Assembly: GCA_026413865.1 (NCBI GenBank)
Contig: JAOAKB010000003.1
Span: 32,480 to 96,479 of the forward strand
From: Nitrososphaeria archaeon
GTDB lineage: Archaea > Thermoproteota > Nitrososphaeria > JACIWG01
DNA length: 64,000 nucleotides
Direction: 5' to 3'
Shown here: positions 28,436 to 38,899 of the stretch, piece by piece
Layout of the letters: every line of letters starts with the position of its first letter
Numbering within the stretch: position 1 is the stretch's first letter
The notes under the pieces: model-generated
Seen by the model: the letters and a program-made list of their open reading frames with translations, nothing else
The model's database searches: none
What the model was told of the DNA's origin: nothing
Made by a program: the position numbers and the translations under genes

Positions 28436-30478
28436 TTGCTTGAATCTGTATCTGATTCAAAGATTAAAGATCTCTTCTTAGATTTTATTAAGGGCTGGTT
28501 AGACGATTATAAACAGCCAAAATATAGAATTCAATTAAATAATATAATTCAAAAAGGTGGAAACTCGCTTATTATAGATTATTCTGATCTCTCACGCTAT
28601 AATAGCGATCTTGCAGCTATGGCGACAAAAGACCCGAGATATTTAGAACTTTTTTCTAAAGCTGCATTAGATTTTTTAAAAGAAGAGGATCCAGAATACG
28701 CTAGAAAGGTTGAAAAGTTTTTCATAGTTAGGATAAGGAATCTTCCAGAAAAGTACCCTCTTAGAAAACTGGATGTGCACCTTTTAGGCAACTTAGTCGC
28801 TGTAACAGGTATAGTTGTAAGAGTTTCTGAAATAAAGCCCTATATAATTGAAGCTGCATGGGTTTGCCCAAATAATCATGTTACATCAATGCCACAGAGG
28901 GAACGTACTTTAAAAAAACCCTTAAAATGTAGAGAATGTGATGAAAAAGACATTTTTAAACTTGATGAACTAAAAAGTGCTTACGTAAATTTCCAGCTTT
29001 TAAGAATTCAAGAATTGCCGGAAGAACTCCCTCCCGGACAACTTCCTAGACAGTTAGAAATAAAATTGTATGGAGATATAGTTGATATAGCCCGACCTGG
29101 AGATAGAGTGACTGTCACAGGTATCCTTAGAGCTGAAGAAGAATATGGTGCAAGGGGAGGCCGCTCACGTACATTCAACGCATTTTTAGAAGGAAATTAT
29201 GTTGAAGTTCTAGGAAAAGGCCCTCAAGATATAATAATTGAAAAAGCTGACGAAATAAGGTTCAGAGAACTGGCTAAACGTCCTGACTGGATGAAAACAC
29301 TAATTAGCTCTTTTGCTCCATCAATATATGGGCATGACCTTCTAAAGGAAGCTATCTTACTCCTAATAGTTGGTGCTCCACAAGTTCCTTTGCCTGATGG
29401 AACTACCCTAAGAGGCGACATAAATATACTTATTGTTGGTGATCCAGGAACAGCAAAAAGTGAACTTTTAAAATACGCTGCCCGTTTAGCGCCTAGAGGT
29501 CTCTACACTTCTGGTAAAGGTACAACTGCAGCTGGCTTAACAGCTGCAGTCGTTAGAGAAAAAAGTGGTATGCTGATGCTTGAAGCAGGTGCTGTGGTCT
29601 TGGCTGATCAAGGTGTATGTGCAATAGACGAATTTGATAAAATGAGCAATACAGACAGGCAAGCTCTTCATGAAGCAATGGAACAGCAGACTGTATCTGT
29701 TGCAAAAGGAGGAATTGTGGTTACCTTGAATGCAAGAACTTCAATATTAGCCGCTGCTAATCCTCTGCTTGGAAAGTACGATCCATACAAAAATTTGACT
29801 GAAAATATTAATCTACCTTCACCTTTATTAACAAGATTTGACTTAATTTCCATAATAAGGGATGTTCCAGAGAGGTCTGCGGACGAACAGATTGCATCAC
29901 ATATAATGGCTCTTAGACGCTCACGTACTTTTGTGCAAAAGCCTCCACTTGACATTGATTTTCTAAGAAAATATCTTGTATATTGTAAAAATCTAACTCC
30001 ATCGATAACACCTGAAGCTGAAAAAATGTTGATTGACTTTTATCTTCAAATGCGCCTCCAGTCTGATACACAAGGCATTCCTGTTACACCTAGACAACTA
30101 GAATCGTTAATACGTCTAGCAATGGCGAGAGCAAGACTATTACTTAAAGATAAGGTTACTGAAGATGATGCAGCTGAAGCTATTACATTAACTAAGCATA
30201 TGCTTTACACTGTAGCAGTAGACAAAAAGACTGGGAAAATAGATATGGGTACAATAACTGGAATGCCAGTAAGTGAGAGAAGTAAGCTAGAGATCATTTT
30301 TCAAAAATATAAGGAATTAGCTGGCCCGTCAAATGAGCCTGTAGAATTAAATACATTAATAAAAGCCATTGTTGCAACTGGAAAATTCAATGAAGTAGAA
30401 GCCAAAACGTATTTTTCACAGCTAGAGAGTAAAGGTGTATTTTACATGGTAAAACCTGGCTACTACAAAAGGGCATAA
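28436..30478 (+). CDS. mcm: minichromosome maintenance replicative helicase MCM
   Basis: C4 zinc finger CPNNH...CRECDE, Walker A GDPGTAKS, Walker B CAIDEFDKM. 680 aa, no intein. TTG start directly after the gins stop. Confidence 0.9.
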   Translation: MLESVSDSKIKDLFLDFIKGWLDDYKQPKYRIQLNNIIQKGGNSLIIDYSDLSRYNSDLAAMATKDPRYLELFSKAALDFLKEEDPEYARKVEKFFIVRIRNLPEKYPLRKLDVHLLGNLVAVTGIVVRVSEIKPYIIEAAWVCPNNHVTSMPQRERTLKKPLKCRECDEKDIFKLDELKSAYVNFQLLRIQELPEELPPGQLPRQLEIKLYGDIVDIARPGDRVTVTGILRAEEEYGARGGRSRTFNAFLEGNYVEVLGKGPQDIIIEKADEIRFRELAKRPDWMKTLISSFAPSIYGHDLLKEAILLLIVGAPQVPLPDGTTLRGDINILIVGDPGTAKSELLKYAARLAPRGLYTSGKGTTAAGLTAAVVREKSGMLMLEAGAVVLADQGVCAIDEFDKMSNTDRQALHEAMEQQTVSVAKGGIVVTLNARTSILAAANPLLGKYDPYKNLTENINLPSPLLTRFDLISIIRDVPERSADEQIASHIMALRRSRTFVQKPPLDIDFLRKYLVYCKNLTPSITPEAEKMLIDFYLQMRLQSDTQGIPVTPRQLESLIRLAMARARLLLKDKVTEDDAAEAITLTKHMLYTVAVDKKTGKIDMGTITGMPVSERSKLEIIFQKYKELAGPSNEPVELNTLIKAIVATGKFNEVEAKTYFSQLESKGVFYMVKPGYYKRA

Positions 30479-30480
30479 TC

Positions 30481-32643
30481 ATGAATGTTGATTCGCTACC
30501 ATTACCTGAGCAAGTAAAAATCCTATTAAAAAATTTAGGCTATCATACACTATATCCTCCACAGGAGGAAGCAGTTAAAAAAGGGGTTCTGAATGGAAAA
30601 AATGTTCTTTTAACCACTCCTACAGCAAGTGGCAAGACCCTTATTGCTTTAATGTGCGCTGCAAAAGCTGTACTTGAAAATAAAAAGGTAATATACCTTA
30701 CACCATTAAAGGCTCTTGCGAATGAAAAATATGAAGAATTTAAGTCACTCTCAATTTTATCAAAAACAGATGGGTCTAACCCGACTATTGCAATCTCAAC
30801 AGGAGACTATGACGTTAGAGATGACTACTTAAAAGAAAAAGATGTTCTAATACTAACTAATGAAAAATTTGATTCAATGATAAGACATGATCCTAGTTGG
30901 GTAGAAAGGATAGGGCTAGTAATATTTGATGAAATCCATTTACTTAATGACGATGATAGAGGTCCCGTTATTGAAATATTAATATCACATTTTCTCTCTC
31001 ATTCTATAAAGCCTCAGATCATTGCCTTAAGTGCAACTGTTTCAAACTATAAAGATATTGCCTCTTGGATTGGTGCAGAAACAGTTAATATTTCGTGGCG
31101 TCCAGTTAAATTGATTGAAGGTGTTTATCAAAATGGTCAAATATTTTTTTACGACGGTCAAAAGTTCGAAACATTAAGAAGTAACTACGGTCCAGCGATT
31201 GATGTTGCGTACACAATGTTAAAAGAAGGTGGCCAAGTATTAATCTTTTCCGACAACAGAAAAAATGCAGTTTCACTTGCAGAAAAGGCAACAGTTGTCT
31301 CATCAAAGTTTTTAAGTGTTTTAGAAGCTGAAAAGCTTAAAGAATTTTATGAAAAAATAATAGCCTCAGAAGAGTTAACTGGGATAGGGCAAAGGCTTGC
31401 TAACTGTGTATTAAAAGGCTCAGCATTCCACCACGCTGGGCTCTCTCATTCACATAGAACATTAATTGAAGAATCATTTAAGGAAGGGTATATCAAAATA
31501 TTATGTGCAACTCCAACATTAGCGGCTGGTGTTAATCTTCCTGCGAGAACAGTAGTAATAAACAGTCTTGCTCGTTATCATAGTGAATGTGGTCAAAGTG
31601 AAGATATAAGTGTTCTTGAATATAAGCAACTTTGTGGAAGGGCTGGTCGTCCGAAATATGATAATGTGGGCTATGCAATTACTGTATTAAGGTCAGGAGA
31701 TCCTAAAACATTTTTTGAGCATTATGTTAAAGGTTCACCTGAACCAATATACTCGAAACTCATCAATACTGAAACATTAAGGAATCATGTTCTTGCAACA
31801 ATAGTTAGATTTCCAGGCTTGACTGAAAAGGAATTGTACAATTTTTTTTCGAACACTCTACTTGGTTACCAGAGGCGCCCTCAGTTTGTTTTATCAAAAA
31901 TTAAATCATGTCTATCGTATCTTAAACTAAATGATTTGATAGAGGAAGAGGGTGAACGATATATTTCTACTGAATTCGGTAAAAATATCTCATTCCTTTA
32001 TATTTCTACTTCAACTGGAATCCATTATAAAACAATTTTCGAAGAATATAAAAATATTAAGAACAAAAATATAAACGACGAAGATCTCATACTTTTATCG
32101 GCTGTTTCCTCTGGGGATTTTCAACCAAAATTTTATCTTAGACATTCTGATTACTCAGAATTTAAGTCATTTATAGAAAATAATTTAATGTCAATCTTTA
32201 ACATATTTGCTAATCTAGACTTTAAATGCTTCGAATATGTGGGTAGAAGTTTTCTTTCATTAAAAAGTTGGATAAATGAGGAAACTGAAAACGAAATATA
32301 TGAAAAGTTTTCAATCGAACCGGGTGACCTTTATCGTCAGGTAGAATCGGCTCATTGGTTAGTGCACGCTTTCACAAAATTATCTAATTTATTTGGTATT
32401 AGAAGCCTTCAATCTGTATCTAGCTCGCTTGAAGAACGTTTACGTTATGGTGTTAAGAAAGAACTTCTAGAACTTACAAAGCTTGAAGGTATTGGGCGTG
32501 TAAGAGCTCGAATACTATTTTTTAATGGTTATAAGACAATAGACGACCTAAAGAAAGCAAAAGAACAAGATCTTGCAAAAATTCCAAAACTAGGTCCAAT
32601 TATAGCTAAGAAGATAAAGGAACAACTCAAATATTTTCCATAA
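30481..32643 (+). CDS. hel308: Hel308/Hjm Ski2-like DNA helicase
   Basis: Walker A TTPTASGKT, DEIH box (VIFDEIHLL). 720 aa. Starts 2 nt after the mcm stop. Confidence 0.8.
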   Translation: MNVDSLPLPEQVKILLKNLGYHTLYPPQEEAVKKGVLNGKNVLLTTPTASGKTLIALMCAAKAVLENKKVIYLTPLKALANEKYEEFKSLSILSKTDGSNPTIAISTGDYDVRDDYLKEKDVLILTNEKFDSMIRHDPSWVERIGLVIFDEIHLLNDDDRGPVIEILISHFLSHSIKPQIIALSATVSNYKDIASWIGAETVNISWRPVKLIEGVYQNGQIFFYDGQKFETLRSNYGPAIDVAYTMLKEGGQVLIFSDNRKNAVSLAEKATVVSSKFLSVLEAEKLKEFYEKIIASEELTGIGQRLANCVLKGSAFHHAGLSHSHRTLIEESFKEGYIKILCATPTLAAGVNLPARTVVINSLARYHSECGQSEDISVLEYKQLCGRAGRPKYDNVGYAITVLRSGDPKTFFEHYVKGSPEPIYSKLINTETLRNHVLATIVRFPGLTEKELYNFFSNTLLGYQRRPQFVLSKIKSCLSYLKLNDLIEEEGERYISTEFGKNISFLYISTSTGIHYKTIFEEYKNIKNKNINDEDLILLSAVSSGDFQPKFYLRHSDYSEFKSFIENNLMSIFNIFANLDFKCFEYVGRSFLSLKSWINEETENEIYEKFSIEPGDLYRQVESAHWLVHAFTKLSNLFGIRSLQSVSSSLEERLRYGVKKELLELTKLEGIGRVRARILFFNGYKTIDDLKKAKEQDLAKIPKLGPIIAKKIKEQLKYFP

Positions 32644-32676
32644 CACTTAAAGGTTTTAGAAGGCTATGCTCAATCT

Positions 32677-34038
32677 ATGTCCTACACTCCAGTACTTCCA
32701 ATAGACTCAGGCCGTTATGGAACAGATGAAGTTAAAAAGATATTTTCTGATGAATCTAGATTAAAGTACATGCTTATGGTTGAATCTGCTGTAGCAAAGG
32801 CTGAGGGTGTTCTAAAAATTATTCCAGAAGATGCTGCAATTGAAATATCTTCCAAATGTAATACGGATTTTGTTCCTTATAAATTGTGGAAAGACATTGA
32901 AAGGGTTACAAAGCATGAAACTGCCTCACTTGTTGAAGCAATTGTTTCTGTAGTTTCAGATAAAGCAAAGCCCTGGGTGCACTATGGTTTAACTAGTAAT
33001 GATGTACTAGATACTGCTCAATCTTTACAATTAAAGGATTATTTTGAAATAATTGAAGAAAAGCTTAAGAATATAATAAAAGTTTTAGGTTCTTTAGCGG
33101 AGAAATACGCTTCTCTTCCTTCTGTTGGACGAACACATGGTCAGCATGCCTCAATAATATCTTTTGGACAAAAGTTTGCAGTCTGGACTAATGATCTTCT
33201 AGATCACATTATTAGATTGTATGAAATTAAGCCAAGAGTTCTGGCATGTAAAACCTTAGGTGTAGTTGGTAGTGGTTCTATTTTAGGAAAAAGGGCGTTA
33301 GATGTTATGAACTTAGTAGGGTCGGAACTAAATCTTTATCCAGTTAAAGCTGCAACACAAGTGGTTTCAAGAGAAAATTATGCAGAATTTGTGTGGTGGT
33401 GTGCTCTTGTTGGCTCTACATTAGATAAGATTGCAACCGAATTTAGGAATCTTTCTAGAACAGAAATAAGTGAATTTGAGGAAGAATTTTCCAAGGATCA
33501 GATTGGAAGTTCAGCTGTTCCTTCAAAAAGAAATCCAATAATATGTGAAAAGATTTCGAGTCTTTCAAAACTTTTGCGTTCTATGCCTTTAGTTGCTCTC
33601 GAAAACATAGCGTTATGGCATGAAAGGGATTTAACAAATTCTGCAAATGAACGTTTCATAATACCAATTTCAGCTATTGTATTGGATGAGATGGTCGAAT
33701 CAATTCTTAGGGTGTTATCAAAAATGGTTATAAAAGAAGATAAAATCAGAGCCAATATTGAGTTTACAAAAGGTTTAGTGTACTCTGAATTCGTTCTCGA
33801 AGCTCTTATTAGGAAAGGTTTTTCAAGGTCTGAGGCGCACAAAATTCTAAGGGAACTTTCTAATAAGTCTAGAATTGAAGGCAAAGATTTTAAAGAAATT
33901 TTACTAACAGACCATATTGTCTCGAATTTTCTAAGCAAAGAAGAAATTGATCAAATTTTTACGCCTGAAACTCACATTGAGGGTTCTAAAGAAATAGTTA
34001 AAAGAACTTTAGAAAGGATCGCGAAGGAAATTGGCTAA
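32677..34038 (+). CDS. purB: adenylosuccinate lyase
   Basis: Fumarate-lyase signature GSSAVPSKRNP. 453 aa. Confidence 0.8.
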   Translation: MSYTPVLPIDSGRYGTDEVKKIFSDESRLKYMLMVESAVAKAEGVLKIIPEDAAIEISSKCNTDFVPYKLWKDIERVTKHETASLVEAIVSVVSDKAKPWVHYGLTSNDVLDTAQSLQLKDYFEIIEEKLKNIIKVLGSLAEKYASLPSVGRTHGQHASIISFGQKFAVWTNDLLDHIIRLYEIKPRVLACKTLGVVGSGSILGKRALDVMNLVGSELNLYPVKAATQVVSRENYAEFVWWCALVGSTLDKIATEFRNLSRTEISEFEEEFSKDQIGSSAVPSKRNPIICEKISSLSKLLRSMPLVALENIALWHERDLTNSANERFIIPISAIVLDEMVESILRVLSKMVIKEDKIRANIEFTKGLVYSEFVLEALIRKGFSRSEAHKILRELSNKSRIEGKDFKEILLTDHIVSNFLSKEEIDQIFTPETHIEGSKEIVKRTLERIAKEIG

Positions 34039-35341
34039 TAAAGCAATTAAAACTAACGGTTACCTAATTGTAAAAAGTGATAAAGATGCAAACAGTTTAA
34101 CTGAGTCCATAATCAAGCTGATGCGATACAGAAGGTATTCGAAAATTGTATCCAAAAAGATTTCAAAAGATTCTATTTTATCATATTTTTCTATAAATAG
34201 TCAAGAGCAAGAATCTAATATACTTATTCATGGACGGGTTTTCGATTTCTATAATAGTATTAAAAAGATACTAAATCTTTGTGAGAAAATTAAAACTGGT
34301 TCTGATCGTTTTTTCGCTCAAGATGTAGAAGGTGATTTTTCACTTACAGTGTTAGAAGATGATGAACTTCTTGCTTTCCGTTCTCCTACTTGTTCAAAAC
34401 CATTATACTTTTCTAGTAACAAAAACCATTTCATACTTTCATCTGACCCTTATCCTTTAAAATTTTACAATTTAGTGTATGAACCCATACCACCCGCATC
34501 ATTTTTCTACATTGATTTTTCAAAAAATATTTTTTTTCTCAAAAAATATTATGAATATAATTCTTTGAAAATTGTTGACTTGGATGATGCCCTAAATTTT
34601 CTAAATTCGGCTTTAAAGTATTCTATAGAAAAAAATCTTAATGGTATAAGTGAAGTTGCAATAGCTTTTTCTGGAGGAATTGATTCAACTCTACTAGCAA
34701 AATTAATCAGTGTTCGTGGTATAACACCACATTTAATAACCTTCTGCTTGAAAGACTCATACGATTACATTAACTCTGAGAAAGTGTCTTCACTTCTTTC
34801 TCTTGAACTAAAGAAGATAGATTTGACTAAAGAAGGTTTAGTTGAAAAAATTAGCTTTTTAAGTAAGATATTTGGAAAAGAAAATTTGATGAACTTATCT
34901 ATTGCGTTATTGTTGAATATGGTTGCAGAAAAAGCCTTAAATTCTGGTTTTCAAAATTTAGTAGTGGGCCAAGGTTCGGATGAACTCTTTGGTGGTTATA
35001 AAAGATATTTATCCTATGCTAGAGAAGGTTATAATGTTAACGAAATTTTAAGAAAAGATTTTGAAAAGCTACAATCTACTGATATTTCAAGAGATGATGT
35101 TTCCATATCAATGTATTGTGAGCCAATATTTCCATACATAAACAATAAGGTTGCGGAGGTTGCTTTATCTCTTCCTTTAAAATATAAAATTGATGTTGAA
35201 AAGAGTGAAAGAAAAATTATTTTACGCTTACTAGCTAAGGAACTTGGTCTACCTCCAGAAGTTTACAATATGCAGAAAAAGGCTATGCAGTATAGTAGTG
35301 GGATACAAAAGCTGGTATCAAAAATTATTTACTCATTATAA
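34031..35341 (+). CDS. asparagine synthetase B-family PP-loop ATPase, N-terminal domain lacking the catalytic Cys2
   Basis: PP-loop AFSGGIDST. N-terminus is MANKAIK (no Cys at position 2, so probably not glutamine-hydrolysing). Overlaps the purB stop by 8 nt. Confidence 0.5.
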   Translation: MANKAIKTNGYLIVKSDKDANSLTESIIKLMRYRRYSKIVSKKISKDSILSYFSINSQEQESNILIHGRVFDFYNSIKKILNLCEKIKTGSDRFFAQDVEGDFSLTVLEDDELLAFRSPTCSKPLYFSSNKNHFILSSDPYPLKFYNLVYEPIPPASFFYIDFSKNIFFLKKYYEYNSLKIVDLDDALNFLNSALKYSIEKNLNGISEVAIAFSGGIDSTLLAKLISVRGITPHLITFCLKDSYDYINSEKVSSLLSLELKKIDLTKEGLVEKISFLSKIFGKENLMNLSIALLLNMVAEKALNSGFQNLVVGQGSDELFGGYKRYLSYAREGYNVNEILRKDFEKLQSTDISRDDVSISMYCEPIFPYINNKVAEVALSLPLKYKIDVEKSERKIILRLLAKELGLPPEVYNMQKKAMQYSSGIQKLVSKIIYSL

Positions 35342-35347
35342 AATTTA

Positions 35348-35920
35348 TTATATTCTCTTCCTTATACTATAGCGTGTTATAATTATTGTCCATAATGTTA
35401 TCAAAATTATGTTATATATTTCAAGTAGGGCTGTAGACGGCCATTCTATCAGCGCGCTGCCTAAAATTCCTGTTAGAAATATTGTTATTGAAAGGTTACC
35501 ATAACATTTTTCTCCATCTACGTAAAATGCTATTGCCATAAAAAAGATTGTAATCGCTACAAGTAGAAAAAATTCTAGCGAAACAAATCTATGTGGTGCG
35601 GTTCCCGAAGGAAAAATGGCTATCATTATTAAATGGGCTGCTGCTATTAGAGAAATTCCAGATGCTATTGCACTAATCCTATTTTTAGTAATCTTTTCTA
35701 GACTGCTAGAGTATATTCCAAAGACTATGCCAGTAAAAATAAGTCCACAATTGAAAATATAATTCGTTTTTAGGTTTTCTGCTCCCAAATCACTTAAAGC
35801 ATTTTCGTACAAGTTAAACCATGGGTTCGCTACTATGGCACAAATTATTGTAATCCATGCACTTATTAAAGCCAACGGTCCTAGAAAATAAGTTACTTTC
35901 ATGCAATTAATTATTTTCAA
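35348..35920 (-). CDS. hypothetical integral membrane protein (DUF998-like)
   Basis: About 6 predicted TM segments; ORF only. Confidence 0.3.
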   Translation of the reverse strand: MKIINCMKVTYFLGPLALISAWITIICAIVANPWFNLYENALSDLGAENLKTNYIFNCGLIFTGIVFGIYSSSLEKITKNRISAIASGISLIAAAHLIMIAIFPSGTAPHRFVSLEFFLLVAITIFFMAIAFYVDGEKCYGNLSITIFLTGILGSALIEWPSTALLEIYNIILITLWTIIITRYSIRKRI

Positions 35921-35987
35921 ATTCGCTTATATAATATTTGCGTTTTTTTCCAAAAGTATTTTAAAAGAAATTTTTTAAAGCATAAGC

Positions 35988-36563
35988 GTGAACTATATGT
36001 TTGATATTTTTCAGGCAATACTATTACTTTTAATTATTTTAGACCCATTCACTAATGCTCCATACTTTTTTATTCTAACTAAAGATTTTGATTCCAAATT
36101 ACGTTCTAAGATCATAAAAAAGAGTGTTATTGTAGCAACACTAATTTTGTTAACTTTTTCTGTTTTTGGTGATACCCTATTTTCATTGATGGGTGTCAGT
36201 GTTGAAGACTTTAAAATAGCTGGAGGTCTCGTTCTTCTCATATATTCCATTCTCGGTCTTCTTGAAATATCGATGATGCCAAAGCCTGAGGCTGACAAAA
36301 TAAGTATAGTTCCAATGGCAACACCCCTTCTTGCAGGACCGGGTGCAGTCACTGCAGTAATTTACATAAAATACACTTGGGGTTTAGGCATATCATTGGT
36401 TACCATATTTATATGTACTTCAATAACATTAGTTATACTCTTAAGTGGTGAAAGAATGCTAAAGTTGCTTGGAAAAAATGGTACAATAGTTTTGGACAAA
36501 GTTATGTCTATGTTGATTGCCGCATATGCAATATCGCTTATCCGTGAAGGGTTTATAGGGTGA
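35988..36563 (+). CDS. MarC-family (UPF0056) membrane protein
   Basis: N-terminal ILDPFTNAPYFF-type MarC motif. 6 TM, 191 aa. Confidence 0.55.
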   Translation: MNYMFDIFQAILLLLIILDPFTNAPYFFILTKDFDSKLRSKIIKKSVIVATLILLTFSVFGDTLFSLMGVSVEDFKIAGGLVLLIYSILGLLEISMMPKPEADKISIVPMATPLLAGPGAVTAVIYIKYTWGLGISLVTIFICTSITLVILLSGERMLKLLGKNGTIVLDKVMSMLIAAYAISLIREGFIG

Positions 36564-37831
36564 TAACGATGATTAGGGTGTTTGATTCTGTACTAGTTGT
36601 TGCAGATGATTTTACAGGCGTCAATGATACTGTTGCACAGTTTGCTAAACTTGGTTTAAGGTCTGTTACCACATTAAGCTTGGACAAGGTTTGTAAGCTA
36701 CTTGATGAATACGATGTTGTCGGGATCACTACAGAAAGTAGGTCAGTGGATAAAGAAAAGTCTTATGCAATTTTATATAAGCTTGGTGAGAGGGTAAAAG
36801 AAAGTTTAAATAATAAGCTTGTCTACAAAAAGATTGATTCAACTCTAAGGGGTAATATTGTCTCTGAGATTGTTGGATTAATTGATGCCTTGAATCCTGA
36901 ATTAGTAATTTTTGCTCCAGCTTTCCCTAAACAAGGTCGTACAACAAAAGATGGTGTGCACTTAGTTAACGGTATACCCGTTGAAAAAACGTATTTTGGA
37001 AGAGATTTAAGAACGCCAGTCAAATCTTCATATATTCCATCATACTTTGAACCTATTTTTGGTCCATCTTATTATCATGTTAATTTAAATGAACTTAGGA
37101 ACAAAGATGTAAGAAAAAATCTTGAAGAATTTAAAATTTTATCTTTTGATGTAGAAGACGATCAGGACTTAAAAAGTATCGTAAATATAATATTCTCGTT
37201 AGAAAAGAAGAGGATAATATGGGTTGGCTCAGCGGGGCTCGCTGAACAACTTGCTTACAATACAATTATTGGATCTACTGTAGGTAAACCTATTCTTATG
37301 GCCGTTGGTTCTGTTAACGAGCTTGCAAAAATTCAGATTAAAGAATATGTTAAAGTTTTTCCAACCAAGCTTATACAAATTAAAATATCAGACTTAATAA
37401 AAAATTTTAAGCAAGAAGAGGATAGAGTGAAAAAAGAAGTTTGTCAAGCTCTAAATTTTTCTCAAGATATTATTCTTGCAACTTCATATTCTAAAGAGCA
37501 GATCGAAGAAGGTATAATGTTGGCTAAAGAGTTAGGTTTAGATGTTCCACAACTTGGTTCAATTTTAGCAGAAAAATTTGGCTTTCTTGTTCATTCAATT
37601 TTAGATTCTTTTAAATTTGAAAGCTTTTGCGGTCTTTACATGACTGGTGGTGATATTGCCGTATCAATAATAAAAAATCTGAAACTTGATTCATTTAAAA
37701 TTATAGGCGAAATTGAACCCGGTCTTCCTATTCTTAAATCAGAGGAGTTATTTATTGTTACTAAGGCTGGTGGATTTGGGGGTTTGGAAACGCTTATTAA
37801 AGTATCAACTAGACTAAAAAATGTGAAATAA
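36560..37831 (+). CDS. four-carbon acid sugar kinase (DUF1537/DUF4392; OtnK/DtnK/DenK family)
   Basis: N-terminal VVADDFTGVND hallmark of DUF1537. 423 aa. Start overlaps the preceding gene by 4 nt and the gene abuts pdxA2. Confidence 0.65.
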   Translation: MITMIRVFDSVLVVADDFTGVNDTVAQFAKLGLRSVTTLSLDKVCKLLDEYDVVGITTESRSVDKEKSYAILYKLGERVKESLNNKLVYKKIDSTLRGNIVSEIVGLIDALNPELVIFAPAFPKQGRTTKDGVHLVNGIPVEKTYFGRDLRTPVKSSYIPSYFEPIFGPSYYHVNLNELRNKDVRKNLEEFKILSFDVEDDQDLKSIVNIIFSLEKKRIIWVGSAGLAEQLAYNTIIGSTVGKPILMAVGSVNELAKIQIKEYVKVFPTKLIQIKISDLIKNFKQEEDRVKKEVCQALNFSQDIILATSYSKEQIEEGIMLAKELGLDVPQLGSILAEKFGFLVHSILDSFKFESFCGLYMTGGDIAVSIIKNLKLDSFKIIGEIEPGLPILKSEELFIVTKAGGFGGLETLIKVSTRLKNVK

Positions 37832-37832
37832 G

Positions 37833-38849
37833 ATGTCCCCTCATAAGCCAATTATTGCAATAACAATGGGCGATCCAGCGGGTTCAGGACCAGAAATTGT
37901 ATTAAAAGCATTAAGAAATGAAGAGATTTCTAAAAAGGCGAATTTTGTAATATATGGTGATTTCAATGTTTTTAGAAGGGCTGCTGAAATTGTTAATGCT
38001 AAAGACTTAAAGCTTATAAAAATTAATGATATTTCACAATATACTGATGAACCATTTCATATAAACATATTTGATCTTAATAATGTTGACCTTACTAAAC
38101 TTGTTTATGGTAAGCCATCTGTGTTAGGTGGTAAGGCATCCTATGAATCTATTGTGGAGGCTGTAAAATCTGCTCTATCAAATAAGGTTCATGCAATTGT
38201 TACTGCACCAATAAGTAAAGAAAGTCTTAACATGGCTGGCTACAATTATCCTGGGCACACTGAACTTTTGGCAGACCTAACTTGTTCTAAAGATGTGAAG
38301 ATGATGCTTGTTGCGGGCTCATTTAGAGTAGTGCATGTGACAACACATGTTTCCCTTAGAAATGCTATCAATCTTATTAAAAGAGAAAATGTTTTAAAAA
38401 CTATAAAATTGGCTCATGAAAGTTTGATAGAGCTTTTTGGCTTAGAAGACCCAAAAATTGGTGTGTCAGGCTTAAATCCCCATGCTGGTGAAGGCGGCTT
38501 ATTTGGTGATGAAGAGATTAATGTAATAACTCCTGCAATTCAAGAAGCTGCATCACAAGGCATAAAAGTTTCAGGTCCATATCCACCTGACACAGTCTTT
38601 TACCGCGCATACTATAATAAGCAATTTGATTCAACTATAGCTATGTATCACGATCAAGGTCATATTGCAGTGAAAATGGTTGGGTTTATGGAAGGTGTTA
38701 ACTTAAGTCTCGGTCTTCCAATAATAAGGGTTTCGCCAGACCATGGAACTGTATGGGGTAAAGCAGGTAAGGGTACAGCGAGCGAAGGTGCAACTTTGGA
38801 AGCAATAAAGCTTGCAATTGAATTATCTTCTAAAAAGTTTAGGCTCTAA
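37833..38849 (+). CDS. pdxA: PdxA-family NAD-dependent dehydrogenase (4-hydroxythreonine-4-phosphate / 4-phospho-D-threonate dehydrogenase, PdxA2-like)
   Basis: ITMGDPAGSGPEI motif and GHTE metal-binding region. 338 aa. Confidence 0.75.
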   Translation: MSPHKPIIAITMGDPAGSGPEIVLKALRNEEISKKANFVIYGDFNVFRRAAEIVNAKDLKLIKINDISQYTDEPFHINIFDLNNVDLTKLVYGKPSVLGGKASYESIVEAVKSALSNKVHAIVTAPISKESLNMAGYNYPGHTELLADLTCSKDVKMMLVAGSFRVVHVTTHVSLRNAINLIKRENVLKTIKLAHESLIELFGLEDPKIGVSGLNPHAGEGGLFGDEEINVITPAIQEAASQGIKVSGPYPPDTVFYRAYYNKQFDSTIAMYHDQGHIAVKMVGFMEGVNLSLGLPIIRVSPDHGTVWGKAGKGTASEGATLEAIKLAIELSSKKFRL

Positions 38850-38899
38850 AAATTTTCAGATAAAAAAATTTATTTTTTTCTATAAAAAATGTCTAGATA

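Noticed and set aside
28436-30478. Intein in MCM
   Set aside because: The protein is 680 aa with contiguous Walker A/B and zinc-finger motifs; no insertion is present.
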